Assembly: GCA_036172245.1 (NCBI GenBank)
Contig: JAYWIR010000007.1
Location: 3,596,001 to 3,660,000 of the forward strand
From: Raillietiella orientalis
Taxonomy: Eukaryota
DNA: 64,000 nt
Direction: 5' to 3'
The translations under genes were made by a program, and so were the position numbers. This document shows, piece after piece, positions 1 to 12,484 of this stretch. Position 1 is the stretch's first letter, and the number at the start of each line of letters is the position of its first letter. Below the pieces are notes generated by a model. It was not told the DNA's origin, searched no databases, and saw nothing but the letters and a program-made list of their open reading frames with translations.

Positions 1-3000
1 CGTCGTTTCCTGAAGTTTCTGAATTGGATAGTTTCTAAATTTCCCAAGTTGCATTAATACACTGGCTGTCCAAATTATTGTAGGTGTACATTGTTTTTTG
101 GAATCTACCAAAATGTTTGTAATCCGAGATCACAACACCAGATCTTTCCATTTTCCGTAGAAAAAAATGCATAGTAATCAGTAATTAACATGCGACTAGA
201 AATCATAATTTTTGCACACGAATTTGTAAATTTGTGCGATAACCTTCACTAATTCGTGCTTTCTTTATTTAGTATGGCTTGCGTGGTCTTTAGCTTTTTA
301 TTCATAGATGAAGAGTAATGAGGTTGATACACTGTCTCATTAAAATTGGTGACTTACCTACCAAAATGAAAATTTATCTATGTGGCGTAAAAAAGAAACT
401 CAAGTGTTAATTTAAGTTTCAATTTCTGCAGAAATTGTAAAAGAGGCTTATTTTTCCGTTTGTAATCATTCACGAATTTGTTTGAGTTGATGATTCCGTT
501 GATTCATCTCATCGAAAACATCCAGCAAACTTAACGCAATTTTGCCAAATGCCACGTACACTCCAATGTTTATTGGTCAAACACCAAAATATTCATCCGG
601 TAGGAGTTTAGTTATGCCTTTTACCTGGTATTGGAATCGAGCATTTCATCTTATAATACACGAGTGTACTTAATTATTTGAGCAATATTTTTTCAACATC
701 AGGATGCTTATATAAAAACAGTTCTATATAGGATCAGTCAGAATCGTACGTTTCCAAATCGTGTTTTGATTTAAAAGTAGGTTCTGCCATGAGAAAATCA
801 TGATGCTTCCAAGTGATTTTCGGAGAATGTAAGTAATAACTGCCGTCATTGATTGCAATTATGGCAAATTAAGGATCGGTTCTACAACCTTAAAGTACAG
901 AAGTGTGATTCAATTTCGATCAGCATTGTATCGGACACATATATGCGCGAGTTCACGTCCGGAAGCTGAAAAGTAATCAGAGTGAGCATCCTTGTCATCT
1001 TTCACTGAATGCAAAATCGGATTCCGAATATCATTCGTGTACATTTGCGCATCACTTGCCTAAAGTTTTGCTACATACGATGTGCCGATGTGCTTTTTAG
1101 TGTGTGCTATTAGATTGCCATTAGTAAGCTATGTGCATCATGTATTTATTCATATGGAATGTTTGTATATACAGCACGTGTATTGGGTCGTTTCGTATGG
1201 TTCGTTTTCCGTATGCACATATTTGATCTGGTGTTTTTGCTAGGGTCAAATATTAATCCGTCCCCATAGGCAATGCTCAGGTCGACAGTCCGAACTTTCA
1301 ATTTGGATTCCCCAAAATCAATAAGTAGAAGTATGCAAACATATGGATATGTGCTGAATTTAATGCACAATTCTTTAAATTGTGGATATGGTCGATTCCC
1401 AAGAAGAAAAAATAACGCGTCGTATGCGTAGAAGGAATGCTCCTGGTTGGAGCTTGCGACACTCTTAATATCCTGTTTTTTTTTTTCCCCCCTGTAGGTG
1501 TCTGTGTATTCTGCATCTGTTTAGCCGTTTTTTTAAATGGAATTTTAACTTTTATCGTGAACTAGTCCTTTATTCCTTAGGGAACCGTGTCACATCAGGA
1601 ACTGGAAGTGCATTCTAGTTACGTTTGCAAAGGAATTTTCATTTTCCTACTCCTCGGGTTCTTTGATGACGCCTTTTTTTTTTTTTTTTTTTAATAGATA
1701 GTTGTTTTCCTTTTGGACAGTGACGCAAATTCATCAGTGTTTCTAGTTGTTTAAAGTGATCTATAACTACTAAACAGTTCGAAATTACATAATTTAGGGC
1801 GTGCACGTTTCTCGGAGGCACTCATATATATTGCTGCAAGCACTTATTCGAAACACATTCATCATTATTTCTTACATCTTTGCCACAAATTTGGTAGTTT
1901 GTTTCTGGTTTGAGATTGGGGACTGTTCTTATCCGCTCACATAAATTTTCCCGCGATAATTCAATTCAGATTCGGCTTTAAAGATTAAGATTTCGCGAAG
2001 GATGCTGACGAAGTTTCCTGTCTTTCACGAAATTTGAAAACATTAAAATGCTTTGACACATACTAAATTGCTAATAAATCACCAAAGTAGTTTCTGACAT
2101 TTATTTGTCATTCTGTGACAAGCAAATTGTTTCATGAGCTGATGTCTAAACTGTTAAGTTGTCACTTTTGCATCTTACTGCCTACGGCAATAGATAGATT
2201 AAAAAAAAAAAAACAAAAAAAACAAAAAAAAACATGCAAACAAGAATACAGGGTCCCGAAAGTTTTCGTTCTCATCTAAAGGCATTTTCACCTAAAATCT
2301 GTGCGGTCTTTCCATCGTTGCTGCTGGAATTTTCTGCACGCGTTCTCTGTTTCGGAAGCTGGTCATCGCGATGTATCTTCGTATCCTCCTTTTTGTGCAT
2401 CAGTAGTAACACAAGTAGTATCGTCAGCTGGACGAGGAAAACCTCGACACTACTTCACTACGTCCACCATATTGTAATATGTTTTCCCGTTGCATTATAA
2501 ACGACACCATCCCCAAGTTTCTTGTGAATAAACCCAGCTGTTTTCATTGCACAGTCAGTGTGCTGCTTTAACACACGTGTAAAGGAAAACTGATTGCCTC
2601 GGTTATTCCATCAACCGGGTGTTCTAAAATTGTCAGCCAGTTCAATCGAGGGGTCCATGTTATAACCACAACGATTCGTGTGTGTTCTTTGGCGTGCTTT
2701 ATTTCTGCACATTGTGAACATTAATGCACCGGAGGAGAACACTACGCAAGCAGTTCAATACGAAATTCTGTTCCGAATGCAAACAACCGGCTCTAGAAAG
2801 AACATCTCTGTATGCAGGAGGGGGAAAACCATGTTGATCAGAGGCAGCGCGGGATTCGGTTTTTTGCCAGCTCGAAAAAGAGCGCATGTTGGAATACGGG
2901 AACCATGAATACTTTTACGTGTACGTATGCCTGTGCTCTCCATACAGAGGTCGCCTGCCGTACGGTTCCCCAGTCCTCATCTGTAACAAATATTCTGTAA

Positions 3001-3770
3001 TGTAAAATGAAATTTTTTGCTTTGTGTTCATCCATGCGAGTGGACATCAGCAATAATTATTAGAATGCAATTTGAGTTTGCTGGTGGTTTTGTTTTACGT
3101 GAATCGCTATTGAAAATATCTTATGCGTCGCGTTTACACATCATTAGTTGAATTAATTAATGATGTGGTGGTCTTGTGAAAGAGTGCAGTAAGTTTTGTT
3201 TGTAATCACACGATCAATTTTACAATTTTCCACGCGCGAGATTTCAGCGTGCGTTATTTTTTTCCATGCTCGAAACTGTCGGCGTTAGAACGCAGTAAGG
3301 ATGCGGTGTCAAGAGGAATTCTCAGATCTCTCGTGAATAGGAAGCTTCCGTACAGAAGCTAAAAGAATACGTCTAATTACGAGGTGAATGTTGAAATGAA
3401 TGCGCTCAGAAGTGTTCCGTTTCCTTCAGGGAAATTGTTTGCTCTTTCGTAATGTTCGCCGAGTGGATTCAGATATGAGTGGAGATTATTCATTACCTTC
3501 AGAATGGATTCTTAGATAAATGGTACTGGGAGATAAAGGATAAAGAAAGTCTTGTTCTTGACAGCATAGGGAACATATTTCCACCATCACATTACTTATT
3601 GTTTGAAACCCGTTACCGTAATGCACATCAGATATATATCGTTTGGTAATCCTTCCATCGAAAAGATCAAAGGCAGATGAGTCGGATTGGTTTTTTCTTT
3701 TTGCCCAGTTTTCTTGGGAAATAAAAATTCGTCACTTTACAAAGCAGAGAGTGGCACATCAGAGGAACCT

Positions 3771-4270
3771 TTAAAGGGAAAGTATGGTTTGCGTTTTACG
3801 GCATTTGCGGAAAAAAAAACCCCCTAAAAGTCACGAAACGAAGTGTGCTTTCGTAGGTTTTCGTAGGCTTTTCGTAGGTTTTCGTGCATTTAGGGTTTTG
3901 AAGACGGTAGTGATGTGTTTTCCATTATTTCCGGAAAGCGTCCTAACCGTACCCATTCGGTACAACGCAGTTGATTATCAGTTCTTGTTCTTCTGGTTTC
4001 TGCTGTTTTCGTACATAATTTTCACCTTTTCTGTACGTACTTTACGTTTTGCGTGGTATTGGCTGAAATAGTGCTCATAAAATGTGCGGAACTACAACGC
4101 TCTACGTTGCGTCATTTTATCATTATTTTTATCATTATTCGATACCCACTGGAACAATAAGACCCAAAACTTCTGGATGCAAATCAGATTTCCCTCTTTT
4201 CAAGATCTGACCATGTTTTATGGTTTCAAATTTGGAAAGGCTTTACCTAATGGCATCGGGAACTCTTTAT
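3771..4270. mobile_element. Possible non-autonomous DNA transposon remnant in the YTHDC1 intron
   Basis: Starts TTAA-AGGGAAAGT and contains a ~10-bp tandem TTTCGTAGG(C)T repeat at ~3849-3885. No clean right terminal repeat was found, so the right end is approximate. Confidence 0.2.
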
Positions 4271-4740
4271 TTTCTGTCGCTTGTTACCTTGGTTGTTATA
4301 GCATGAATACTTATCCGTTATTCGGGATCCCTCGTTGGTGCATCACATGGAGCGCGTTGGCTTGTTCGGAGATAGGCGGATCCTTGAAGTAATGAATGGG
4401 TGCCACTTTGGAAGAATGCGGTGAGAATGAGAATCGCAGCGTGGGGAACGACCCGTTGCCGTTACCACGCGCATGCATAAGGTCACTCCCGTCACTCCAC
4501 TTGTTGCCGAAACAGGGAAGAAATTCTGTTAGGAGCGGTGTGCAAGGCAGGTCCTGACCATGGGATGGGGGGGGGGAAGGAAACATCCGAAATCCATCCC
4601 TGTTTCATTGGTTCCGTGTAGTGGACAGGCGGCCCACAGATAATTTTTTGGACTTGTAAAATTGCTGAAATTGTATCGCTGCGGCTAAACTTGGAAGCAG
4701 TTGCTGAGTAATTTTTCGTTTCATGTGTGTTGTTTTGCAG

Positions 4741-6781
4741 AGAGAAAAAAAGAAGAGCCGAGGATTACGGATCAAAGCCTTTAAAGAAATCTAGTAAGCA
4801 CAATTTTTTGGTCCTCCCCAATTCTCTTACTCCTTCACCCCCAATACTCAGTCTTAGGACTGTTGTTCGTTCATATATGCATTTGTGTATTGTCTTTAGG
4901 ATTTTTCAAGGAAAGCCATCAGAGACACCCAGGAAGATTCGGAATGCAACCGACACATAATGTAAGAAAAATTTTGTCACTGTAACTGTTCTCTCTGTAT
5001 TCACTGTAAGTTTCTTTCAGAAAGAATTTCTCTTTATTTCACTGTGAATTTCCTTTCGCAAATTGTACTGTCGCATTGATGCGTTGGCTCTTACGCCAGA
5101 AGCAGGGTGGATGCCGTTGGCTGTGTTTGCTTCCCTGTATATTCTTCCATCATGGCTCGTGAACTGTTTCTTGAACCCGCGCTTTGTGAGAATGAAGACC
5201 AACAACTTGTTCATTACCGCCCTGTTTTTATGGTGTGATTGAGCCGTGGCTGCAAGTGTCCTTGGTGCCATCATGTGCAAACTGGCTTACGAGGTGCACC
5301 AGAATGCGTGTGTTGGTGTTGGTGAAATGAAGTTTCGCGTGCCTTTTGTTTGACCAAACCTCATGTTGGAATGAATGGCTCCACACTTCTTTTTTTTTTT
5401 TTAAAAAGAAAAAAAAAAAAAAAAAAAAAAGTCTAATTTTTTTCCCTGAATTTCATAGAGTTACGGGAATATGTATAGAGAAATTAATCCAAGATGTCCA
5501 TCTCTGTCTCATATGCCATATGTACCTTCTGTAAGTCTTCTTCATGTTTATTGAAGCATACGTGATCTTTGCCAGTTGGTTTCATGTTTGTAAAGAATTT
5601 CGTGTTGTGTGTGGTTGTGCACACCGCTATTAAGTAAAATCAGTGTGAATGACTTTTGACGACGCATGCTTGCAATTCAGTGCTTCTTGAAGAAACTTTT
5701 TTTCAAGTCCGTAAGGTATGGGTGTATCGTATGAAAGGAAATCGTAAAATGAGAAGTTTAAGAACGTTACTTGCACCATCCAGAAGATATTCATATTCAA
5801 GCAGCAGTGTTTTGTGCAGTATTGTACAGTGAGATTTTTGCCTAGAGATTCGATGTTCTCCGTAGATTGCTTCAGTGTACCACTTTTGCTTTTGCCTGCG
5901 AAAGAGCACCCAAGTTTTCCGATATCATTACACTCATTTTAAGTCGCCGTGATCGAAAAGCTAATTTTCGATTTCAGGTGGGGAGTGCTTTTGTTCCTTA
6001 TTCGTGCGTTATTTTCTATACGGGTAATTGCGGAGGCAACTGCACGCTTACGTGCGTACGGACGCGTACAGATGGATGGCCGCAATAAAGCTTAGAGCCG
6101 TGAAATATGACGGTCGCGGATACCGTCGGAGGCAGTGTACGGATATCGATCGCGTTGCTCGCGTACGGACACGCAGTGTTTTCGGCAGAATTTTCAGTTC
6201 ACCGTGATGAAATTCAAAAATCAATTCCGGGCAAACGGCGCGTGGAAAGTCGAAGGAAAGATGGATGGTGTCCGCCCCTTCCCCCTTCCCCGTGTTTCCA
6301 TACGTCTTCGTTTTTTATTGAGCGCTGAGAGTGAAAACGGAGCGTTTCAGCGAAGAAAAAAATTTCGCTCAGTGCACGCATTGACCACCACCGACCTTCC
6401 GCCAAGAGCGCGCGAAGAATTTCACATGCTCGTTGAGAATACGAAAACCCGAACGAAACATCCAGCTTCCCCTTAATTAAAATGCAGTTGATGCATGTGC
6501 TTTATATATTTAATGAGTTTGTTTGTTTTCTTCTTCATTTTATTCACGCAGGTTCCTTTTGATCATATGGGTCCTCCTCGTTATTATGAAGGACCGCCGA
6601 TTCCTGACTTCCCATTACGTAGCACTCGTGAGAGGAGATCTGTTAGTGCGGTATTTGTATTTAAATCATGTAAGCCTGATTGCCTTATGTAAATTTTCAG
6701 TATGAGCGCTCAGTGGATGATTTCCTTCGCCGTACGAGTGCAAGACGTCGTAGTCGTGAGCGACGGCAAGTTCGCCGATGA
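4741..6781 (+). CDS. YTHDC1: YTH domain-containing protein 1 (YT521-B)-like m6A reader, last five coding exons (partial; YTH domain lies upstream of the window)
   Basis: Exons 4741-4793, 4900-4961, 5459-5530, 6552-6641 and 6701-6781 all have AG/GT borders with consistent phases. They splice to ...EKKRRAEDYGSKPLKKSRFFKESHQRHPGRFGMQPTHN|SYGNMYREINPRCPSLSHMPYVPS|VPFDHMGPPRYYEGPPIPDFPLRSTRERRS|YERSVDDFLRRTSARRRSRERRQVRR*. RRxEDY, SYxxxxRE and VDDFLRRT followed by an R/E/S-rich tail match my recollection of the YTHDC1 C-terminus. Confidence 0.75.
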
Positions 6782-6786
6782 GGCGT

Positions 6787-6799
6787 AATAAACAATAAA
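6787..6799 (+). terminator. Tandem AATAAA polyadenylation signals of the YTHDC1-like gene
   Basis: AATAAA at 6787-6792 and 6794-6799, starting 5 nt after the TGA at 6779-6781; T/GT-rich sequence follows near 6820-6860. Confidence 0.55.
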
Positions 6800-8968
6800 A
6801 GATAGAAACGAGGAATTGATCTGCTTGTTTGTCCTTGTTCATGTTGTTTCTGTTTTTACTTACTCATCCCGGAGGCCTCATCCACATTATTATTATTATT
6901 ATTATTTTTGTTGTTGTGAAATCTTTGCCAAACAGGATTACGTAAGGAGCGCAACAGGTAAGGCCAACAGGGAGCAGGGAAGACGAGTAATGTGGCGAGC
7001 TTAGCGGATGCCTTCATCTTGTTCACTTTGTCGATTGGCTTTTGGCAGCGGAAAGCTGCCTCTAAAGTAATTACGTTAAAGGATGGAGTTGGCAACGTAA
7101 GTGGCCACTAATGCATTTGCGTCGATGGACATCATGCTCTGTGCAACGCTCTTTCCTCCTCGTGCTGGATTCGTTGCACCGAAGTGTGCTCGTTGTGATG
7201 GTCAACTATGCGTGTGTGTCACCGGTGTGAGTAGTCAAGTTGTTGTGAACGTCTGGCTGCAAGCGTCATAACTTTGTAACGGATGGGGAATTCCTTGATC
7301 GGCAACGATGTGCTCCACAGCGTTGAGATGTAGCGGCATTCTCTCTCGTCTTTTTCCCCACCTTCGGTTCCCTTCGAGCAGGAAGCCGAAGGTAACGTCG
7401 GTCGTTGCGTTTCGTCGTCGCTGCGCTACGGAAGAAGCGTTCGCGGGAACGTTTGGGTGTGTGCAAGGTGCCTGCACGGACGCCAGGATTCAATCGAAAA
7501 GTCCACAGAATTCCGGCGTAAGGGTATATGGAGTGCCGTCCCTAAGCCTGAAGATAGGAAAGCGACGAGGAATCTCTTCGAGCTGTGATTCCAAATCGTT
7601 ACCGACGTTCAGAGGTCGAGAAATGCAATTGACGGATCAGCGAGCGGCTTTTGCTAGGCAGCGCATCTCCTCGGAATTGATGAATGCTGGCGAGCAGAAC
7701 GTTTAATTCGAACTCCCGGCGCGGGTCTTTCTCGAAGCAATCGGAAACAGGAATTCCAGACGCTTAGCCGGAGGAACCAAGCAATTTAGCGAAATTTCCA
7801 CAGGCTTGGATTGTGGAAAAGAGGGCTATCAAAGAGGAAATCTTTGCAATCTCATCTGGGAATTTAATCGAGTTTCTGTAATGCGGATGATCACTTGGGG
7901 GTGTCACAGTGTTCTCGTGCGGGAGCACGCGGATGGTGGCTGGGCTAAGTAGTCGGAACGAAAGTGGTTTGTTTTGCCTTGGATTCCTGGTGTGGGTGTG
8001 GGGTGTCATCGGGGGAGCGACCAGGCTGCAGACGATGTATATGGAACTCCGAATCGAGGATTTCCTTGCGAGATCTTTTCACGATTGCATTGGTTTCAAA
8101 CACTGGTTTTGACGGGCGAGGTTTTCCCGGATCTTCTTTTAATCCCTGAAGGAACTTCAGGTCGGAGGCTGCGTCTTCCTCTGAGGATGGGTCTGTTCTG
8201 ATGATTCTTGGGCAACTCGGGATGGAGGACGACGGGATAAAGGAGTCCACTCTCCGAGCGCTTGCCCTGATCCATCTCGTCACGCTGTGCGGATTCTGGT
8301 GGAACTGCCGAAAGATGAGATTCCTCCGAAAGCATTCCGCTGGATTCCGTGGAGGGCTGTCGGCCGTTCGAAGAAACGCCGATGTCCGACTGAAGAAGCC
8401 TTTCCCTGGACCTGAGAGGCCGGAGTCTATCAACTCCAAAGAAATAGCGCTCGAGAAGATTTGCACCCATCTCTGCTTGGTTTTCAAAACCGAGAGCGCT
8501 CAACGGTTCTGGGACTCAAGGCGTGGGAGCTCACGACGTAGGGAGGCTGCAAAAGAAAGAGGGAGAATTTGGTTGGTATATGGTACAGCTGTCCAGAACG
8601 GTCCCCCCCCCCCCCAATCAGAGGTTGCGTGCCACCCCGACCTCTCAGGGGAAGAGGATCGTGGTTGCGGTTCCTCTGTTTTGCAAGGGGAGGAAACTGA
8701 ATCGGGTGCTTCTCGAAGAACTTCCGTGGCGCAAACGGAGTTAAGAAAGAAACGGAAGCCTCCAGGAAAAGACTCTCTTTTCGGGGAAAGGAGGCGGGTT
8801 TGGGACTTGATTTTGGGCTTGTTTCCCTGAGGGCAGGCACGCGGGCGTTTACATCACAAGAGGCGAAAAATCGGTCCATGTCCAGGATGCGCAAAGGCGG
8901 GAAGAAGCCACCGTGGTCGCGTTGGAGAGAGGAAAGAAAAGTCGCGTGTGCCCTGGGTGAACCACCGT

Positions 8969-9101
8969 CGGGAACGCGAAGCTCCTGGGTCCTAGGGCAA
9001 CCTCCTCCGAGCAAGTTCCCGGCTGGGGCGGCCGCAGGCTGGACTACGTGCCCAGGAAAAGGGTCTTGGGCATGGGTGGTTCCGCGCCCTGAGCGCGAGT
9101 G
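8969..9101 (+). repeat. Dispersed repeat, copy 1 (~130 bp)
   Basis: CGGGAACGCGAAGCTCCTGGGTCCT...GGGTCTTGGGCA.GGG.GGTTCCGCGCCCTGAG.GCGAGTG recurs in the same orientation at 10171-10290. Confidence 0.85.
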
Positions 9102-10170
9102 CTGTCGTCCCAAGGGGACTTATATCGAGCGGAGGATGAGGAGGAAGTGGCGACACATCCTCGAAGAGGCTCTTGAAAAGGAAAAGGAGCACACCCTTGA
9201 GGAAGGGGGAGGGACCATCGACGTCATCAGAGCGAACGGGAGCTGTCGCAGCTAGACCGTGCCTTCGTCGCGGAAGTCTGTGAACGCGCGTCCCTCGCAA
9301 GGCACCCGGAGGGGGACAGAGGGAGACTATGGTTGAGTTAGGGTCTCCAAGGATTTTCCAGAGTTGAGAGCAAGCGCGCGGATAGGGGCCTGATGTGTGC
9401 CCTATCGGGGCTCGTGGACATTCATGCGGAGGCGGGTGACGGAGGGGAATGCAAGGGGGGAGGGCGAGACTAATAGGGATGCTCCTCGGAAACGCATGTT
9501 TCCAGGACATTAAGGGACTTCTGCCTCCCCAGGATCGGTCAGCGGAGTGCGTTGGTCGTTTTCGTTTCCAGGAGCCCGGACGGGGCGCTCGACGAGGGAA
9601 GACGGCGGTCGCCAGCCACGCCACCTCCGTACCGCCGAATCGTTCCCTTCCTCCTCCCCTCTTCCCAGAAGAAGCCTGGACGTCCCTGCGTCCTCACGAT
9701 GGGGTTGCAGATCGCTATTCCAGGTCGGCTTTTCCCATCCTCCGCTGGGGACCGTAACGCGCCTCCGGTCCAGTCCATTTTGCAGAAGAGGGAGAGATTG
9801 GGTAGAAGCGCGCCGCGGGAAGCCGTGGCAACAGGAGGCGCATCGCGGGGAGGAGGGAGCGCCAATCTCCAGGGATCCGTGTGCGCTCTCAATCAGAGGT
9901 CCCTCGCCGGCTTCCTTTCTTTTCCCCTCCCCGAGCAAGGGAGCGACCAGGTGCGGGTTACTACGGGGATTCTTGGAAGGAATCCGCAATCTCGCTGGAG
10001 ATCGCGGGCTGCGGACCTGGGGAAGAGGAGGGGACTCGACAGGCGCCGTTGCGAGCGCTAGATGGACGAAGGTCTTTTAATCCTGCCTATCCTCGCGGGT
10101 GAGATCCGGGAGGTAACACGACCTGCAGGATGGTGGAGCAGGGCGAATCGCCTGGAAGTCCTCTTCGAGG

Positions 10171-10290
10171 CGGGAACGCGAAGCTCCTGGGTCCTCAGGC
10201 AGCATTCCCGGCCGGGGCGGCCGAGGGCGTGACTATGTGCCCGGTTAAAGGGTCTTGGGCACGGGCGGTTCCGCGCCCTGAGAGCGAGTG
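10171..10290 (+). repeat. Dispersed repeat, copy 2
   Basis: Direct-orientation diverged copy of 8969-9101 with a ~13-nt internal indel. Confidence 0.85.
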
Positions 10291-12199
10291 TCAGACCCCC
10301 TTCCACGTCGGCGTGCCTCTCCCGGGGGGGCTGCTGGCTTCGCCCGCTGTTCTCCTGCTGTTGTTGCCCTCCTTCCAGGATGGCGCCTTCCACCGAGGGG
10401 CGAGGCGCTCCTCCCGGAGATCCGGAGAGCGCCAGCGGGCGGCCTACTGGAGGAGCGAACTTGCGGCTCCCCCTTTGAGGGCGGCTGTGGCGACCGGAGC
10501 AGCGCAAAGCCTCCGGCGGCGATCGATGGGCCGTTGTGCTGGACCCGGCAGCTGGGACACGCAACACGCGTGCCGCCGAAGTGACGTCACCAGGTCAAAG
10601 GGGGGACGAAGGCGCTTGCGGGCCTTCATCCCTGCCGTGCTTTCTCCTTCACCAACTAGGACGCCCCGTCCCACCTGGCGGGGCTGAGAGTCGGTGCGAG
10701 CGCCGGTCCCAGGGATCCAGCGCTGCATCGCCGCGACGAGACCCCCCTTATCCCTTACCCTTGCGGGAAGAAGCGTGCAGAACTCCAGAGGGGGGCGGGG
10801 GTATCCTCCGATTTCTGGTTACCTTTCTGGGGTCCTTCCGGGGCGAGAGACTTTCTCAGGGAGGAAAAGTGATCAGAGAGGTAGGATCGGTGCATCTGCC
10901 GGGCTGCAGCCCCCTGATCTCTCGAGGACCGAGTCATCTTCCTCCCAAGAGGGAAAGGAGAAGGTCCAGGGAGGGAGGGACCCATTGAGAGGGTTCGCGG
11001 GACTTCCCTCCCTGTCCTCCCGATGCCTCCCCACAGAGCGGAGGCCGGGGGAGGGGCATTCCATCAAAGTGTAGCATTCCAGGAGCCTCTGTTCGATCCG
11101 GACGGTCGCCATTCGCGCGAAGTCTTGGGAGCTTCCAGGAGTCAGTCCCCTCCCGGTCGAAGTGGAGGGGTGGTGTGGTGGGGGAAGAAGGAAAGTGTCC
11201 GCGCCTTTTCCGGCGGCGCTCTGCCTGGGACCGCCGTGGTGCGGCATATCGCCACGCAGCAGCGAGCGAGCGAGCGAGCGCATCCTCCCACGATGCCCGT
11301 TCCTCCATGGAGCGTGCGCGGCGCCACCTATCTGTCGGCTGCGGCTGCGACTCGTGCTCCACTCCCCACCATCCTGTTCACCCCCCTCTGAGAGGAGGCG
11401 CGCGATGCCTGTCTTCTCCGAGGGACCAACGGACGCTCCCTCTTCCAGCCTGGCGCGCGCGCCGGCGGGCCACCGCGCGCACTCCCGGCGCGGAGAGCGC
11501 GCAAGCGCGCACCTATCGCCTAGGGGGATAGGAGCATCCCGGGGAGACTGCTCCCTCCCTTCCAGAGCAGGAGGGAAAGCGGCCGCGGGGAAGGTTTGGA
11601 ACGATCGCGTCTCGGCTTGGCTCCAAGGTGATCGACTCGCTTCTGGGAACTCCTGGCTGCGGATCGCTCCTAGTGAAAGGGGTCCGCCATCGGCATCTGC
11701 GCCTGAATTCCCGGAAGAGGTGGAGGGGGGTGGGGTGGATGGGTACCCTGCGAGGCCGTCCCGCCCGACGCGAGCCTGTGAGAGTACCACAGACTCCGCT
11801 GCGAGTAGTGCGGGGGTGAGTGAGGGCGCTGCTGCTGCATTCGATCCGTCTCCTGAGAAACGCACTCCGCTTCTCCCCTGCTTCCCACCTCACTCTTCTT
11901 CCTTGCAGGAAAATTCCTTCCGCCTACTGCCGCGCACCCTGAGTGTCCTCCGGAATGCAGGGGGAGAGGGGAGAAGCACGCGCGGACATTCCAGCTGATC
12001 GCATTAGCCGAAGATGCACATGCACCGCCTTTCTCAGATGGAGTGGGGTGAGAGGACTACGATCCCCCCTCCCTTCCTCTGCGCCGTGCTGCTCCAGGAA
12101 CGGATCCTCTGAGGTCTCGAGAACTCCAAGAGGGAGCGGTTTTTCCGAGGGGAGAAATGCGCCCTTGCCTGCCTCTCCCTCCTTGGGTGTCCGCAGATT

Positions 12200-12484
12200 C
12201 CCCTGGTGCGCTCCCGGAGATCCCTGCAGGGAAGAACGGAGGAGAAAATCTCGTGATGATGCGAGCTGCAAAGTTAAGCAAGTTGGTGGAAGGAGGAGGA
12301 ATAACAGTGAGGAGGAGGAGAGGAAGATCTGCCTGCCCGATGCGCTTTCAGTCCCTAAACGGCGTCACCGTGGCTGGAGCCTTCAGCGCACGAACCCGCT
12401 GAATACTGGCTGTGGGCGACCGCTGCCGCCTCTAAAGGAGCGCGGCCTTGATCGAAGCTCCAGAAAAGCGAAGCTGCTCGAAGA
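12200..12484 (+). repeat. Long inverted repeat, left arm
   Basis: Matches the reverse complement of 15650-15945. Example: GATCGAAGCTCCAGAAAAGCGAAGCTGCTCGAAGA here versus TCTTCGAGCAGCTTCACTTTTCTGGAGCTTCGATC in the right arm. Confidence 0.9.

Noticed and set aside
4595..4655. Hairpin followed by ACA and an Sm-like AATTTTTTGG (snoRNA or snRNA)
   Set aside because: No second hairpin or H box, and no resemblance to a known U snRNA.
10250..10300. Hammerhead or twister ribozyme in the duplicated element
   Set aside because: The CUGANGA...GAAA core and twister motifs are not present in the required arrangement.
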